From: Octopus bimaculoides
Taxonomy: Eukaryota
Assembly (NCBI RefSeq): GCF_001194135.2
Contig: NC_068987.1
Coordinates: 3,047,234-3,111,233 of the forward strand
DNA: 64,000 nucleotides
Direction: 5' to 3'
A program made the translations under genes and the position numbers. Positions within the stretch are counted from its first letter, which is position 1. Each line of letters begins with the position of its first letter. Below the pieces are notes generated by a model that saw only the letters and a list, made by a program, of their open reading frames with translations, did not search any database and was not told the DNA's origin. Positions 46,773-60,803 of the stretch are shown here, in pieces.

Positions 46773-49700
46773 GGTAAGAACCACATGATTCTGCCGTGTG
46801 GTACTTTGGGCAAGTGTTTTCTAATATAGCCCCTAATATAGTCTTGTGAGCGCTTTTGATTGATGGACACTGTAAGGAAGCCTGTCATGTGTATACATGT
46901 GTGTATGTTTGTCTCTCCTTGTCTTGACATTGCATGATAGTTTTAAACAATTGTCACTGTCATACAAGCCTTGACATTTATTTCCAATGTTCTGCATAAA
47001 AATATCTGGCCGTAGAAAAATTTTGCCCTACTTTGGAAATGGGTGAGAGTTGGCGACAGGAAGAGCATCCAACCATAGAAATTTCACTTCAATAAAGTTC
47101 ACCCACCCCAACAAACATCAGGCTGTGTGTTGTGTCCTTGAGCAAGACACTTTATTTCACATTTCTCCAGTTTACTCAGCTGTAGAAATGGGGTTGATGA
47201 TGTCACTGGTGCCAAGCTGTATCGGCCCCTTTGCCCTTTCTCTTGGATAACATCAGTGGCATGGAGAAGGAAGGTTGATATGCATGGGCGACTGCTGGTC
47301 TTTCGTAAACAACTTTGCTCAGACTTTTGCCTGGGAGGGTAACTCTCTAGGTGCACGAAGGATGGTGGGGTTCTGTTTACCCTTTACGATGATGATGATT
47401 CATGTGAAATGCAGTTTTTACTTAAAACATTCACGTGCGCAATATATACGAGAACCACATGTCACCATTTTTTCCGAAGTCCTCGTATTCAAGATGGTGT
47501 AAGTGAGAATCTATTGTCTGAGCAAATCTGATGTGTAATGAAAAGTTAAATCGTTGTAAAAAGTGTTGCATCTGTTTTTAGGATGGTGGAGATACAAGTC
47601 TTTCTCTTCTGTCACTCCAAGTTGTTTACTGTCATTGTAACATGTTGAAGTGATTCAAAAGTAAACATATAAAACAGGTGTCGGTTGGGATGTGCAGGTG
47701 AAAAGTTTGCAGCCTTATCACTTGGTTCCTGTTTCAGTCTCACTATGTGACAGTAGCCCCCAGAACGGAATTGACAAAATACTTCTATGTTCCTCTTGAG
47801 AGACAATGTGTCAGGAATCAAACTGCGAAGGAATAAAAGTCTGGATTGAAGAATTATTTTGATTTTGGTTGTTCTTGAATCCTCTCTGATTTTTAATATC
47901 AGAAGCTTCTCTGCCAAATATTGCAACAAAGCTGTCTGAAAGAATGGTTATCATACATAGTTGTTTTATCATCAGAATAGATTTCTATCTTTTAACTGTT
48001 GGACTGTGGCCATGCTGGGGCACCATCTTGAAAAGGTTTTTAGTGGAATAAGTTGACTTCAGTGTTTATTATTTTAAAGTCTGGTAATTATTCTACCAAT
48101 CTCTTTTGCTGAACTGTTAAGTTACAGGAATGTAAACAAACACCAGTTGTCAAGTGGTGTGGCTGTATTATAGTCTTAATTACTGTTGAAATAATGTATT
48201 CTGCACATGATAATTGTTTGTATTTAGTTACGAAATGATTAACATGTTAAGCATTAATTATTGTTTTGATACCTACTAATTTTTGAAAAACATCACATTA
48301 ATTAAACACAGCATTATGTGCCTAATCAACACGAGATGTTGATAATTTGTGTTCGGTAATTATTTGTTCACAAATCAAATAATATTTTATTCAGGGCTGA
48401 GTGTGGACATTATTTTCACTATTAGCAGTGTTATCAACATTATTGTCTATTCCCAATGTTCTCAACTAACAAACAGCAGTTTCTGATTGCTATGGTAACA
48501 AATATTATGAGGACAGTAAAATAAAGATTAGAAATATAAGTTACAATAAAGCAAAATGTGATTAGTAAAGAATGAAAGTTCGGTGGATCAGCATACACCT
48601 GTTCTCTCCTTTATTCTATGTGACGGGACATCAGGGGAATACTTGGAATAATATTTGTGTCAAACGTCTCACCACCACCCCCTCCTACGAATAACACCCT
48701 CTCCTATCAATAATCTTGTTTACTGTCAACACTGATAACAGCAAAAACTGGTTCTGAACTTTTTATTTATGACAAAAAGATTTCAGGCTTAAATTGGTGT
48801 GAAGGCATGTGGCTTTGTGGTTAGAGTAATCAGCTTTCAATTGCAAGGTCGTTAGTTCAATTCCTGGCAGTACATTGTGTCATTGAGCAAGACACTTTAT
48901 TTCATCTTACTCCACTGCTTTCAGCCAGCAAAAATAAGTAGTAGCTGTATTTGAAAGGGCCAGCCTTGACACAGCCTGTCATGTTGAATCTCTATAAGAA
49001 CTACATTAAGGGGACGTGTGTCAATGGAATGCTCCACCACTTGCACATTTCACAAGCAGACTCTTCCGTTAATTGAATTGACTGGAGTGCCAGTTTATAT
49101 ACATTGGTCTTACAGTAAACCAAAAGACAAACCAAAGACAGAACGGTGAAGAGATTTGTGAAGATAGTTTTATTCACACTAAACAGGAAAATATATTTTG
49201 TACCTGTCTATAAATTAATTTAGCTGTGATAAGTTTGATTGACAGTAAAATCATTAATGATGAACTGTTAGTAATTACGAAAATGAGCTCAGTATTCTAT
49301 AATGCTTGTTCATGAAGTGTGTGTGTGTGTGTGTACAACGAAGTGAGTCGAAAGAGGTACCAACAGAACATGTATGTTTATGTGCACGTAACAAACTCAA
49401 GAAAGGTTTGTGACTCCATAGTAACCTTTGTATTTTAAAATGTAGATTGGAGCCTGGTGTTGCCATCCGGTTTCACCAGTCCTCAGTCAAATCGTCCAAC
49501 CCATGCTAGCATGGAAAGTGGACGTAAAACGATGATGATGATGATGATGATTCCAGTTGTATGTACTCTAAAATAAAAGTTAGAGGGTAAGGAGGTCATA
49601 CGGTTCATTTGTAAAATGCTCTGCACATGAAAATTGTTGGCTGTGAAAAGTCCTCTATCTCTGTTTCACTGCAATAGCTATGGTTGCTCTTCTTCTTGCC

Positions 49701-50759
49701 AGTTTCTTGGGTGCTGGTAAAAGTGGGGTCTGAGCTGTTTGTAAAACTCATCTATTGCTCAAGTTGTTGGTACTTACAGCTGATCTGCTTCTATGACTGC
49801 TGGTAAAATGCCAGTCTATCTGCTTGTATTCTGTTTTTCTGAACAACTAGGTGTTTGGTAGACAATGACTTTTGGTAGACAGTAAACTGGGTTCATAATA
49901 GTTCTTGATGTGCACTCTGTTGTTATTTTGCTGTTGCTGGGTCTAATGGTTACTATCCACAAAAAAGGCATACTAGTTAATTAGTTGTTCCCTTATGAAA
50001 GATTCACTACACTCTCTTCATGGTATATCTGGTATTGTAGTAACTTGATGAGAAGATTGTTGTGTTATATAATGATATCATGTAATGATGATTGATAAAT
50101 AAATATAATTTTAATTTCATAAGTGTTTTCAATTTGTATTGAGTGCATATCCATCTTAAAATACAATTAAGTATGGAAGTGTTTTCAAGAAAGATTATAA
50201 ATGAGCCATTATATCTCTAGCTGATTGTAATGTTTATTCTGTTGTATATTGCAGAATACTACAAAATAAACATTACAATCAGCTATAGACATAAGACCAG
50301 ATGTTTTATAGTTGAAACATGTCAAAGAAAAAGTATCATGTCAAACACTTTATCAAATAAATTTTATATTAATTTGTTAATAAATGTCAAACTTTCACAT
50401 ATTTTAGTTAGAATCCTGAATAGTTTTTTTTCAGTTATTCATTATACAGGATCCGAAACAGAAATTTTTGAAAACAGTTTTTGTAAAAAAGAACTTTAAA
50501 TATACCAGACGTTACCAATTAAAAAATAGGGTTGAGATTATACGTTGAGTATATATTTAACAGAAAATCATGATAGTATTATAACATTTCTTGACATAAT
50601 GAATTATTTAGGCACATGAGCGCCAAGGATGAAACAATCCGATTGTGGGGCATCCAAGACCGTGACAGCTAAGGATTTAAGGCATATTGACCGCAAGTTA
50701 CGTAGGGAACCTGCACAAACAAACAAAGCCATTTCACCACTTCTGGACTTCCTCATGTA

Positions 50760-51995
50760 CCGAAAACTACCAGTCTAGTGAGCACATCAGCCAGATTGAC
50801 TACCGCCTCACCAGACAATGAGATAGATGGATGGTTAAAAACGCAAAGTCTTTCCCAAGTGAAGAGTGTACAACCCAACATAGGTTAATAGTTAGTGACT
50901 TCAGAATTAGAGCTAGAAAGACCCGGAGAAATAAGCCAATCTGGAAAAGGAGACTATGGAAGCTCAAAGACCCAGCAGACAGACAAAAATGCAAAGATTT
51001 GCTAATGAAAGCTTATGATGAGAGGAAGAGTTGGGAGACATATAGTGTAGAGGATAACTGGAAGTTCCTGTGGAACAATCTGCCGAGGGCTACGGATGAA
51101 ATCTGTGGTTGGTGCAGAGTTCCAGCTAGACCAAAGGTGACATGGTGGTGGAGCAAGGAGGTTGACCGTGTTACGAAAGCAAAAAGATAGGCCTGGAAAG
51201 AATGGAAGCAGAGAATTATATCAGGTAGCCAAAAGGGCAGCTGGGCGTCAGGTATACATAGCAAAAGGAGTAGCTGAAGGTGAGAGATTTGCAAATGCCC
51301 TACAATGTGAGGATCACAGGTGTGAGGTGTTCAGGATTGCAAAGCAGTGTATCAGAGAGAATAGAGATGTGGTGGGTGAGAAATGTGTGCGAATGGTTCA
51401 TGGTAAGAAATGTGTGTGAATGGATAATGGTATGCTTGCACTTAGTGACTCAGAGAAGAAAGATGCATGGAAGTGTCACTTTGAAAGGTTACTAAACATG
51501 GAAAATGAAAGGCAGAAGGAGAGTCTATCAAATATCAAACCAATTGAGGGACCAGCCATCAGAGTTGATAGCAGCATAATAGATAAGGCAATTAAGGACA
51601 TGAAGACAGGGAAAGCTTCTGGGCCATCAGGAATCATTGCCGAGATGATTAAAATTTCCAGTTGTGTAGGATACAGCTTAGTAACATGTATAGTTAATCA
51701 GGTTATTCAGGAAGGCACCATCCCCAATAACTTCTATAGTAGCATTATAGTTAGCTGCTATAAGGGTAAAGGTGATGCCTTAGATAGAAACAACTACAGA
51801 GGTATTAAACTGCTGGACCAAGTCATGAAAGTTACTGAGAGGGTTATAGTTCAATTGATTAGAAATAGAATTAAACTAAATGAGATGCAGTTTGATTTTG
51901 TACCTGGGAAGAGTACCACAGATGCCATCTTCCAAGTGAGACAGCTGCCGAAAGTAAGCCATTGTACTTAGCCTTCGTTGACCTGGAGAAAGCTT
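50760..51995 (+). mobile_element. RTE LINE, endonuclease end to RT N-terminus
   Basis: SQIDY...KNAKSFPSEECTTQHRLIVSDFRIR; KVTWWW; IEGPAIRV...IKDMKTGKASGPSGI...KGKGDALDRNNYRGIKLLDQVMKV...QFDFVPGKSTTDAIF...AFVDLEKA. Confidence 0.92.
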
Positions 51996-52555
51996 GTATT
52001 GATGCCATTAATACATATTAAAACCATCTCTACATGGTTTGTACTTCTCCGACAATATGGTTAGTGCAATGTCTGTCTGTTTGTACTTCTCCAGTGAAAC
52101 GGGCAGCTTTTACGTTTCAATTAATTTAGTTTGTCAGTGGCTCTAATGGCTACATTTATATAAAGTGGCACCATTGTTACTTCTAGCGTTATGTGGACAC
52201 TTCATTATGAATGCATTTGGTCTGTTTCTACAGATTTTGATCAAGAAACAACTCCTGCAAATTTTGAGACACCATTTACACACGGTTGATAAATGGTTCC
52301 GCTTCTGTGCCATTATAAGCATTTTCTTGTTATTTACTTGAAATATTATTTAAACGTTGACAGTGAGCAAACAGAATGACAGTGGCAAGAGGAGAAAGTA
52401 AGCCAAGACCACTAAAAACAACACCCTTGCTCCGAGATCAATATCACAATATTATTTGATCTCTCGATCTTTATACACACACACACTCTCTCTCTCTCTC
52501 TCTTTCTCTCTCCCTCCCTCTCTCTCTTTTTCTCTCCCTCCTACTCTCTCCCACG

Positions 52556-52987
52556 CAGGTTGGAACAGGTTATGAAAATTATCGAAAAGGTTTACTACAG
52601 TGATTAAGGTGAGAATTTACAAAGAGGCAATGCAGTTTGATTTTGTACCAGAGAAAAGTACTTCTGATGCCATCTTTCTTGTGAAACAGCTGTGGAAAGG
52701 GTCTCTAGCCTGATTCAAGCTCCCTATACCTGATGTTTGTTGACCTAGAGAAGACCTTTCACAGGGTTCCACACTTTGTGATTTGGTGGTCACTGAGGAA
52801 GCATGGAGAATATGAATGGCTTGTGACAGCTGTACAAACCATGTACAGAAGTACTGTTTGGAAGTTGAGACTTATTAAAAAGTATAAAGATGGATTTAGC
52901 ACAAAGGTAAAGGTACCTCAGGGCTTAGGGCTCAACCCCCTTCTGTTCATTAAAATCCTCAGAGCCATAACAGAGGAGTTTAAAAAC
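52556..52987 (+). mobile_element. Second RTE LINE RT fragment (separate copy)
   Basis: LEQVMKI...QFDFVPEKSTSDAIFLVKQL; FVDLEKTFHRVPHFVIWWSLRK...VPQGLGLNPLLFIKILRAITEEFK. Its homology overlaps the end of 50760-51995. Confidence 0.85.
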
Positions 52988-53289
52988 TGATTGCTTTCAA
53001 GACCCATAAGTTACTAACATGTAAAGACCATATTTTGGCCACAAGTATCATACAATTTACTGTTGACATTTATTGAGAAACCCTTTGTTGGCGGCAGAAG
53101 TGGTCTTTATCTTTCTCACTGCACCTCGTTTTCCCCCTTCCCCTCTTCCCGTTGCCTCCTCATCTGGGATGTTTCCATAGCACTTCTTCTCCTCCCTACC
53201 TTTAGGCTCACTTTCCAGCCTCCACTTCCTTTATTTATGGTGAGTTTCGAGCACCACATAAATTAGCCAGTCTAATTCCATTATAATGG

Positions 53290-53830
53290 TGTACTTACTA
53301 TGATACTTACAAGTACACTAGTAACTACACCCTTGACAAGTACTGCATTGTTTGTCATTACATGAATCTTCTTGAAATCCTTTTCTGTCCTCATCTTGGT
53401 CAAATTTTGCATGGGTCAATAATCGCTTAAAATTTTTTGGCAGTCTTTTAAATTATTAAATTACCGTTTCCTTATTGATTAGTTGGTAGTGTTGTAGACT
53501 CTGTGCAATGATCGGTAGTTGTTCTCTTGCTACAGTAAAACTATCTTCTTTCATATCGTTATCGGTTAAAACAATGATATATGAGGTTGTTGAGTCTGTG
53601 GTATTTGTAAGACTTTTTTCAATTCTATGCTTTATTTAGAGCAGCAGATATTTCTGAGAAATTAAGAATTCTTCGTTTGTTTCTAAATTCTTTGCTTTCA
53701 ACTATTGTACATATTTCTTGAGCTAAACAACATGGAATATTTCTTTTTGTATGGATTGGGGCCATGAAATAAAGTTTTGTCTTGCAAGGTATTGTGATAT
53801 TAGTTTTGATCACATGACTTTGATTGTCTC
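53290..53830 (-). mobile_element. Penelope-like element thumb plus Cys-linker fragment (Neptune-like)
   Basis: PIHTKRNIPCCLAQEICTIVE and RLPKNFKRLLTHAKF...CNDKQCSTC. Confidence 0.72.
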
Positions 53831-56439
53831 GATTGCTGTTATTTGCCTGCAGTGCAACTGCGCAGAGTTCTGTTCTGTTTACGGCACGACGTGTTCAGTA
53901 TTAGTTTTTGGTTAGTCGAGACTGTAGCAACTCGCTGCTTAAAATTGTTATTGCGCTGAAGTTTAGTTTTGCTTACAATTTAACAATCTTTGTATTGTAG
54001 ATTATTGGATTTTTAGACCATTAAGACCTTTTAAACTTAGACATTCCAGTTTGGGTTTATAACACAAGGTATTTGGTAACCCTGTTGGTGCTGGTGCCAT
54101 ATGAAAAGCACCCAGTACACTCTGTAAAGTAGTTGGTGTTAGGAAGGGTATCCAACTATACAAACCATGCCAAAACAGACAATGGAACCTAGTGCAACTC
54201 CTCGCCTTGCCAATTCCTGTCAAACCATTTAGCATGGAAAAGTTATTATTTCGCTTCATATCAATATTTTTCAGTTTGTCTGTTTCATGAACTTTGCAAC
54301 AGTTATACCCTCTTACTGATGCAGTGACATTAAATCTAGGATGCCATACTGTTATGTCACTCATCAGTTGTAACAGTAATCTGTTATTGATATTATGACT
54401 ATGCTATTCACCTGAAGGTTGTTATAAAACATGAAAGTACTAGTGAACTGTGAATGCATGTTCAAAATCCAGTTTAAGTTGAACTTCTACATGACAGATA
54501 ACACACACACACACACACACACACCATAAACTTATAAGCATGCTTTAAGCCAAATGGCTTTGTAATTTTACCAAACCCTAAACTAATCTCTTCTCTGTTC
54601 TTCCTTTCTTTGTTCACCTCAAATGTTTTGATAGTCCAATAGTTTATCACTGTCACACTTAAAGTACGTTAGTCACAGCAATTACTAACTACAGCTCTCT
54701 CATTGATGGACGTCTCTCACTTTGATAATTACTGTTAAGTACAGTAGTAGTAAGTTGTAGAACTTGATAGTTTATAAATAATTATTGTAATGGATAAGTG
54801 TGTGTGTGGTTGACTGTATACAAGTGTCTGTTTGACTGGCTGTATGTGTGTGTATGTGCCTGACTCTGTGTGTGTGGTGTGAGACATATATCGTTCCAGT
54901 GGTATAAAAGTAATAGGTACAATGAGGAGTAAACATTAACTTTAGCTCACCTCTGTTGGTGAACTTCACTTCATTAATTAACAAGTTCTGTTTATGATCA
55001 CTTAGACAAGCAGCTCAAATAGCAACCTTAACAGATGTTACACACGCACGCACAAACATGTGCAAGTGACAAATTTATTAGCTCTGCAAAACCTATATTT
55101 AAGAGGGTGAGAGCTATAATGCTTCCCATGAGCCAGTTAAGTCTCCAGCTGGGGATGGACTCTGTGGAATCGGTGGTGGGTCTTTCTGGTGCCTCAGATT
55201 TATGTATTTCTAGCTGGGTGGATTTCCTTTCACTGGTTTCAGTTTCTTGGACAGCTGCCAGGCTGAGGCACCACCTGTAAGGCTTTTAGACAGCTTATTA
55301 ACCCCATCTGTGTCTGCTACTTATTTTATCAAATACCATTTAACAATTGGCTAAGTTATGTTATTGGTGTCAATAGGTGCATCTAGATACATTGTTTTGT
55401 TATGCACCCACTCACACACATCTGCACAGTTTCCACCTATCAAATTTCACTCACAAGACATTAGTCAACTCAGAGCTACAATGGAAGCCATTTGCAAAAG
55501 ATTGCACTCAGTAAAATAGAATGGCGAACCACATGGTTGCAAAGTAAACTTCTTAAGCACATAATTACACACACACACACACACACAGAGGAAGGNNNNN
55601 NNNNNNNNNNNNNNNNNNNNNCCCCCCCCATTACCACAGAAAAAAACATTTCTCTCTCTTATATAAAACTTTTCTTCCTAAAAGAACACCTAAACACTTT
55701 ATGAAGTTGACAAAAATCCCTTGCGTCCCACATACAAAGCTCATCTGAGTCTGTGGGATTATCGTCTTAATGATTCCAGCCAGCCGAGTTCTTTGTTTTG
55801 TAAATTATTCTGGGAAAAAGCATTCTTCACGAACTAATGAAAATATTCTCGACGTTTTGTGTAGCTCAATTCTTACTGAAACATCCAGTCTAGCAAATGG
55901 ACAAGATAGCCATAAGTTCCTCCATTAATACCAGTGGTTTCTTGTTCTAAGCGCCAACCTTTGCTGAATTTATCATGAAAACTAGGTTTAAGTAATTTCA
56001 TAAACCTCTTTTCTCTAAGAACAGGATATAGATATGCATAGTGTAATGGATTATACATATGTATTACAAACATACATATGTATATATACACACACATATA
56101 TATGACAGATTGTCTTATTGTGAATGACAAATGAGGGTTCAGTGAAAGAAAGTGTTAATAAATATGGAAACATCAGTGTTTAAGCACTTGGTTTGGTCTG
56201 AGCGCTTTTTATTTGTACCTATTTATGTGTCTTTTGACACTTCTTACCTGTGACTATAGTCTACATTATGAGCGAAGAAACTTTAATGTAAATGGTGTCA
56301 AAACAGCTATTAGATGGCCCGCATATGTGTGTACCAGAGCTGAACAGTTACAAAATGTCTTACATTTGTGGAACAAAATCCAATTGTTAAAAGTTTCACT
56401 TGGATACTCCACTGAACAATGGACTTTAAATCGACTGAA

Positions 56440-57000
56440 GTTCACAAACTTCAATATTCCAACTTATCCATTGTTGCAACAAAGTATGGTTACAGTCTCT
56501 GCCAAGAAAACTAAATATATTATCTTCAATCTAACAGACCAGAAGCTGCTCAAAACTGTTAAATAAGATACCTTACTTCAGATAATTTCTGAATTCAAAT
56601 TCTTTATTATTGATGATAGTCTCAAAGGAGGACATCAAGATGTCGGTCTGTTCTGTACTCAATGATATAAGAAATATCTGAACTTCCATCCTTTTTCGGA
56701 CAACTTTAGAAGAGAATCTTAATAACAACTAATCATAACAATTGTTTTTCATGTCTGTAAAATTTGGGTCCTCCCTAGCTTGGGCAAGTCTCTTAATGAC
56801 TGCTACACTTCCAGTACCGCAGCTGGTTGTCAACATCAACTACATTCAGAAAGCAATCAATAGGTCACTCCGTGCTGACCTAGCACAGATGACCAATATA
56901 TTTTACAGCTGCTTGCTGGGTGCTGTCTGTGGCATTGAGAGCTGAAAGTCATTGTCTGGTAAGAGGGCCCTGAGTGCATAAGAATTGAGGCTCCTTCTTC
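56440..57000 (+). mobile_element. Highly decayed LINE RT C-terminal fragment (RTE-like)
   Basis: VSAKKTKYIIFN and LNDCYT...LAGCC remnants resemble ISxKKTxxMxFN and LDGCYTR...LAGHC. Confidence 0.4.
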
Positions 57001-57726
57001 TCAAAATTATGATCTAGACTGATTGGTGATGGGGGCGGTGGTGTTGTGATCGATGATAAGAGAGGAGTCACATCTGCCATTGTGACGTGTCTATTATCAT
57101 GACCGAAACAGGTGTAAGGTATGGATTGTAATAAATGTGATTGTTGTAGTTTTTGAGTCCCTTGTACTTTATTGATCCTTTACTCGACAATACAAAAATG
57201 GAAATCTCAACAACAAGCTAGATTTGATCTGATTTCATTTAGTATTGCCCTCCAAATTTTTCAACAGGTCTGGTCATGTAAATTACCATAAAGATGATAG
57301 CTCTTTTAAAATTGATAATCTCTTTCTTTCCCATTGATAGCTCCTCACCTCATTTGATAACTAACTCTAACTCCAAAGAGGTAGTCACCCACATCCATGC
57401 ATTGCTTGATGTTAACAAATTATGAAACTTTTCTTTTTAATCTTCAATCTTTTATCATTGTAATGATTCATTGAACTTTAGTCCTATCATTTTTATCTCT
57501 CTTTATCTCAGGAAACCTCTTAGGAGAGGTATCCTACCTCCACCTTTCTAGACTCAACTGATGATGACACCTCTCTTATCTCAAGCCTCCTCTACATTAT
57601 TTGGTTGTGTTTTAACATGCAATGACAGCATTTTTTAAAATTTTATATCAAGTTAGAATCTGTAATTTATTAAAATCTTATCAAGCAATTTTGTGGAATA
57701 TCATTATTGGTTTAATATCATTGTAG

Positions 57727-58035
57727 TTTAAAAATGGAGACCACCTCCCCCTGTGGGATGAAGTTAAAGTAATAGACAGAGAACAGCACTGGAAAATACG
57801 AAAACTTAAAGAAGCAGCACATATGCTAGGACACAACAACCTCCTAAGCAGACTGAGTGCAGATATGAGTAGCATATGGGAACCGGTATTAAGGAAGGAT
57901 AGAATATTAAATTTATAAGCCTTAAAATTCACTCCATAATTACCCATGGGCATATGGTGTAGTGATTAAGAGCACTGGCTACTAACCCCAAGATTCCTCC
58001 AGACAGTGACCTGAATAATAATAATAATAATAATA
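57727..58035 (+). mobile_element. Penelope-like element ORF C-terminus followed by the tRNA-like head and (AAT)n
   Basis: FKNGDHLPLWDEVKVIDREQHWKIRKLKEAAHMLGHNNLLSRLSADMSSIWEPVLRKDRILNL* (stop 57916-18) fits the PLE GIY-YIG C-terminus; GGGCATATGGTGTAGTGATTAAGAG starts at 57948. Confidence 0.8.
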
Positions 58036-59039
58036 GTTTAATATTAATTTAATACTACTTCAATTGCAGTACCAGATTTTTATTCAGCTGGGCAGTTATT
58101 TACAACACCAGTGATTGTTTTATTCGCAGCTTCTGATATGTTGGCAGTGCCAGATTTCATCCAGGCATGTAGCTATGAGTAAACATTATTGATAAAAAAA
58201 AGACCCTGCAAAGCCAAATGTATTTGGTATTCTTGCTATCCACTGCAGAGATGAGTTTTCATCTTCCACCCCCCACCCACCCTCTATATTGCTTTTAAAT
58301 ACAGCAAGTCTGTAAGAGATGTTATCTACGACAAATACTGCAGTAACTTGTATGATTTTTAGGTGGATTGAAAACTGCAGTTATCGAGATAACATAAATA
58401 CTGAGATTTTACAAGAACACAAACCAAACTAATTAAGCAGTTAAATAGATCTATAAAAGTGTATTTTGGTATTGTTTTAACTCTGACATCTGCCCTACTA
58501 AGCAGACATTTGATCAAAAGCACTCTAACCATAACCATCTTGTTTTCAAGATGGTAGTGTATGGTTGAAGAGGTATTTGGTGGCTACTTCTAGCAGACAG
58601 ACTGATTTCATGTATGTAGCTGTAATAATATTTTACTGGTTTCTGTTATTGACCTGTGGTCATGCTGGAACACTACTTTCTAAGGTATTGTTGGTTACAA
58701 TTTATTTTATTGACCATGGAAGGCAAGGTGGACCTAGGTATGATTTGAACTCAGAATATAAAAATATACCACAGGGTATATCATTTGATGCTCTACTGAT
58801 TTGTTATCTCATAAAACCTCTTAAAAGGAGAGCTCTCCCACCTCCACCGCTGTAGTCTCAACTGATGATAACAGCTCTCTTATCACAAACCTCTTTTACA
58901 TTAGTCAGTTGTGTTTTAACATGCAATGGCAGCACTTTATTTTATATCAAGATAGAAACAGGAATTTAATGAAACTTTGTTGAACAATTTCATGGAATAG
59001 TATTATTTTAGTTATAGAATTAACAAAAGACAGCAAATT

Positions 59040-59245
59040 GACAAAACCATTAGCATGCCAAGCAAAATGCTTAGCAGGAGTTCATCTGTCTTTAAGTTCT
59101 GAGTTTAAATTCCACCAAGGTTGACTTGACCTTTCATCCTTTTGGGGTTGATAAAATAAGTACCAGTTGAGCACTGAGGTCAATGTAATTGACTTACTTC
59201 CTCACATCCCTGAAATTGCTGGCCTTGTGCCAAAATTTGAAACCA
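59040..59245 (+). mobile_element. SINE family A copy
   Basis: TTAGCATGCCAAGCAAAATGCTTAG...GAGTTTAAATTCC...CCTTTCATCCTTTTGGGGTTGATAAAATAAGTACCAG. Confidence 0.82.
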
Positions 59246-60644
59246 ATATTAATAAAAGAAGAAACCAGAAATAAACCTCACCAGAAACCAGTGGTTTAGA
59301 GATATAAAAAGAGAAGTAATACTATCTCAACATCCATGTGGGTAGAGAAATTATGTTACATTTGTCTTCTTTAACCCATTGCCTGCCATGGGCCCCATTT
59401 GGGGATCTGCTGAAAACAGTCTCACTTCCGGTTGTTTTTTGTATTTAAAGTGAACTGCTTATGTAGATTGCATTTGCAGAGGTGTGTTTAACAATATTTA
59501 ATCATTAAAGGTTGTCATTATTAGCTCTGGTTATTGCAATTTATGACATAAAATGTCATAAATTGCAATTTTGGAATTACAAAAATATTGACTGTTCTGA
59601 AAACGTTTTTTTTTTTTCTTGCATTTCCCATCAAAATATCATTCATTGATATTTCATACTCATTCGCATTTGATACTACAGTCTCAAAAAAAACTAAAAT
59701 GTTTATTATTGGAATTGAATAGAAAAGGATAAATATGCTCGTTTCTCAGCAATCCCTATTTGGGACTTTTCGGAAAATTTATAATTTGCAAAACAATTCA
59801 CATATGAAGAAAATTTCAATATTCACAATCCCTCTTGATTCTTAAGTCCTTTCCTCATGAGTTTTCAATGATCCTTAATTCCTTGGAGCAATTAGTATCC
59901 CTACCCACTTGTATCCCCTCATACCTATACCTACCTGTATCCATCCCTATCCTTAGTGGGGCCAACATACTTAATATCCACCTTTGACCTCTTGGCAAGG
60001 GCCAATGAAGGAACTGCAAGAAATTGAATTCTGACAGCAACACCTGAGGCATTTGTGTATCAGTCTTGGAGAAGAACTTTTCCTTTGGATCACGCTGGTG
60101 GCATGGAGACGAGAAAATTTGCATCCATCATCGACTGCTGGTCGTTTTCACAAAAATACCTTACCCAGGCCTGTGCTAAAAATGGCAAATACACGGTCAC
60201 CCTAATTGACAGTGGCTGGGAATGGACTTTATAAAGACAAACATCATAACCTATTTCTCTACCCACACAGAATGGTCACAGTTAGAATATCTTTAATCAT
60301 AGGTCCACTCCTTCTGGGCTAGCCTGGGGCTAAACAGCTGCTGCCAGCCATCACAGTCTCTTCTCTCATTGGATCACCTGACCACTAATCAAGGTAGCTA
60401 AGTGGATGATCAATATCCTTACATCATTCATCTCCATGACAACCAAAGCCTACAATCCACAAACCCTCGGCTGATTCAAATCCATGGCTGACAACTCCTC
60501 ATGAAAGTTACTGACTTGTTAACTATGGCATTAATTTACCATTACAGTGCAAACGAGATGAAAATAAAGGATGTGTTTTGTGTACTGTACAGCTCTGTAA
60601 ATTGCCTTGGATCATAAATTGCTCCCTTGTTATTCACTATACAT

Positions 60645-60803
60645 GCAGGAGTGGCTGTGTGGTAAGTAGCTTGCTTCCCAACAACATGGTTCCAGGTTCA
60701 GTCTCATTGCGTGGCACCTTGGGCAAGTGTCTTCTACAATAGCCTCGGGCCGACCAAAGCCTTGTGAGTGGATTCGGTAGACGGAAACTGAAAGAAGCCC
60801 GTC

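Noticed and set aside
48486-48499. RFX X-box-like ATTGCTATGGTAAC
   Set aside because: A single imperfect motif in 64 kb is expected by chance; no supporting context.
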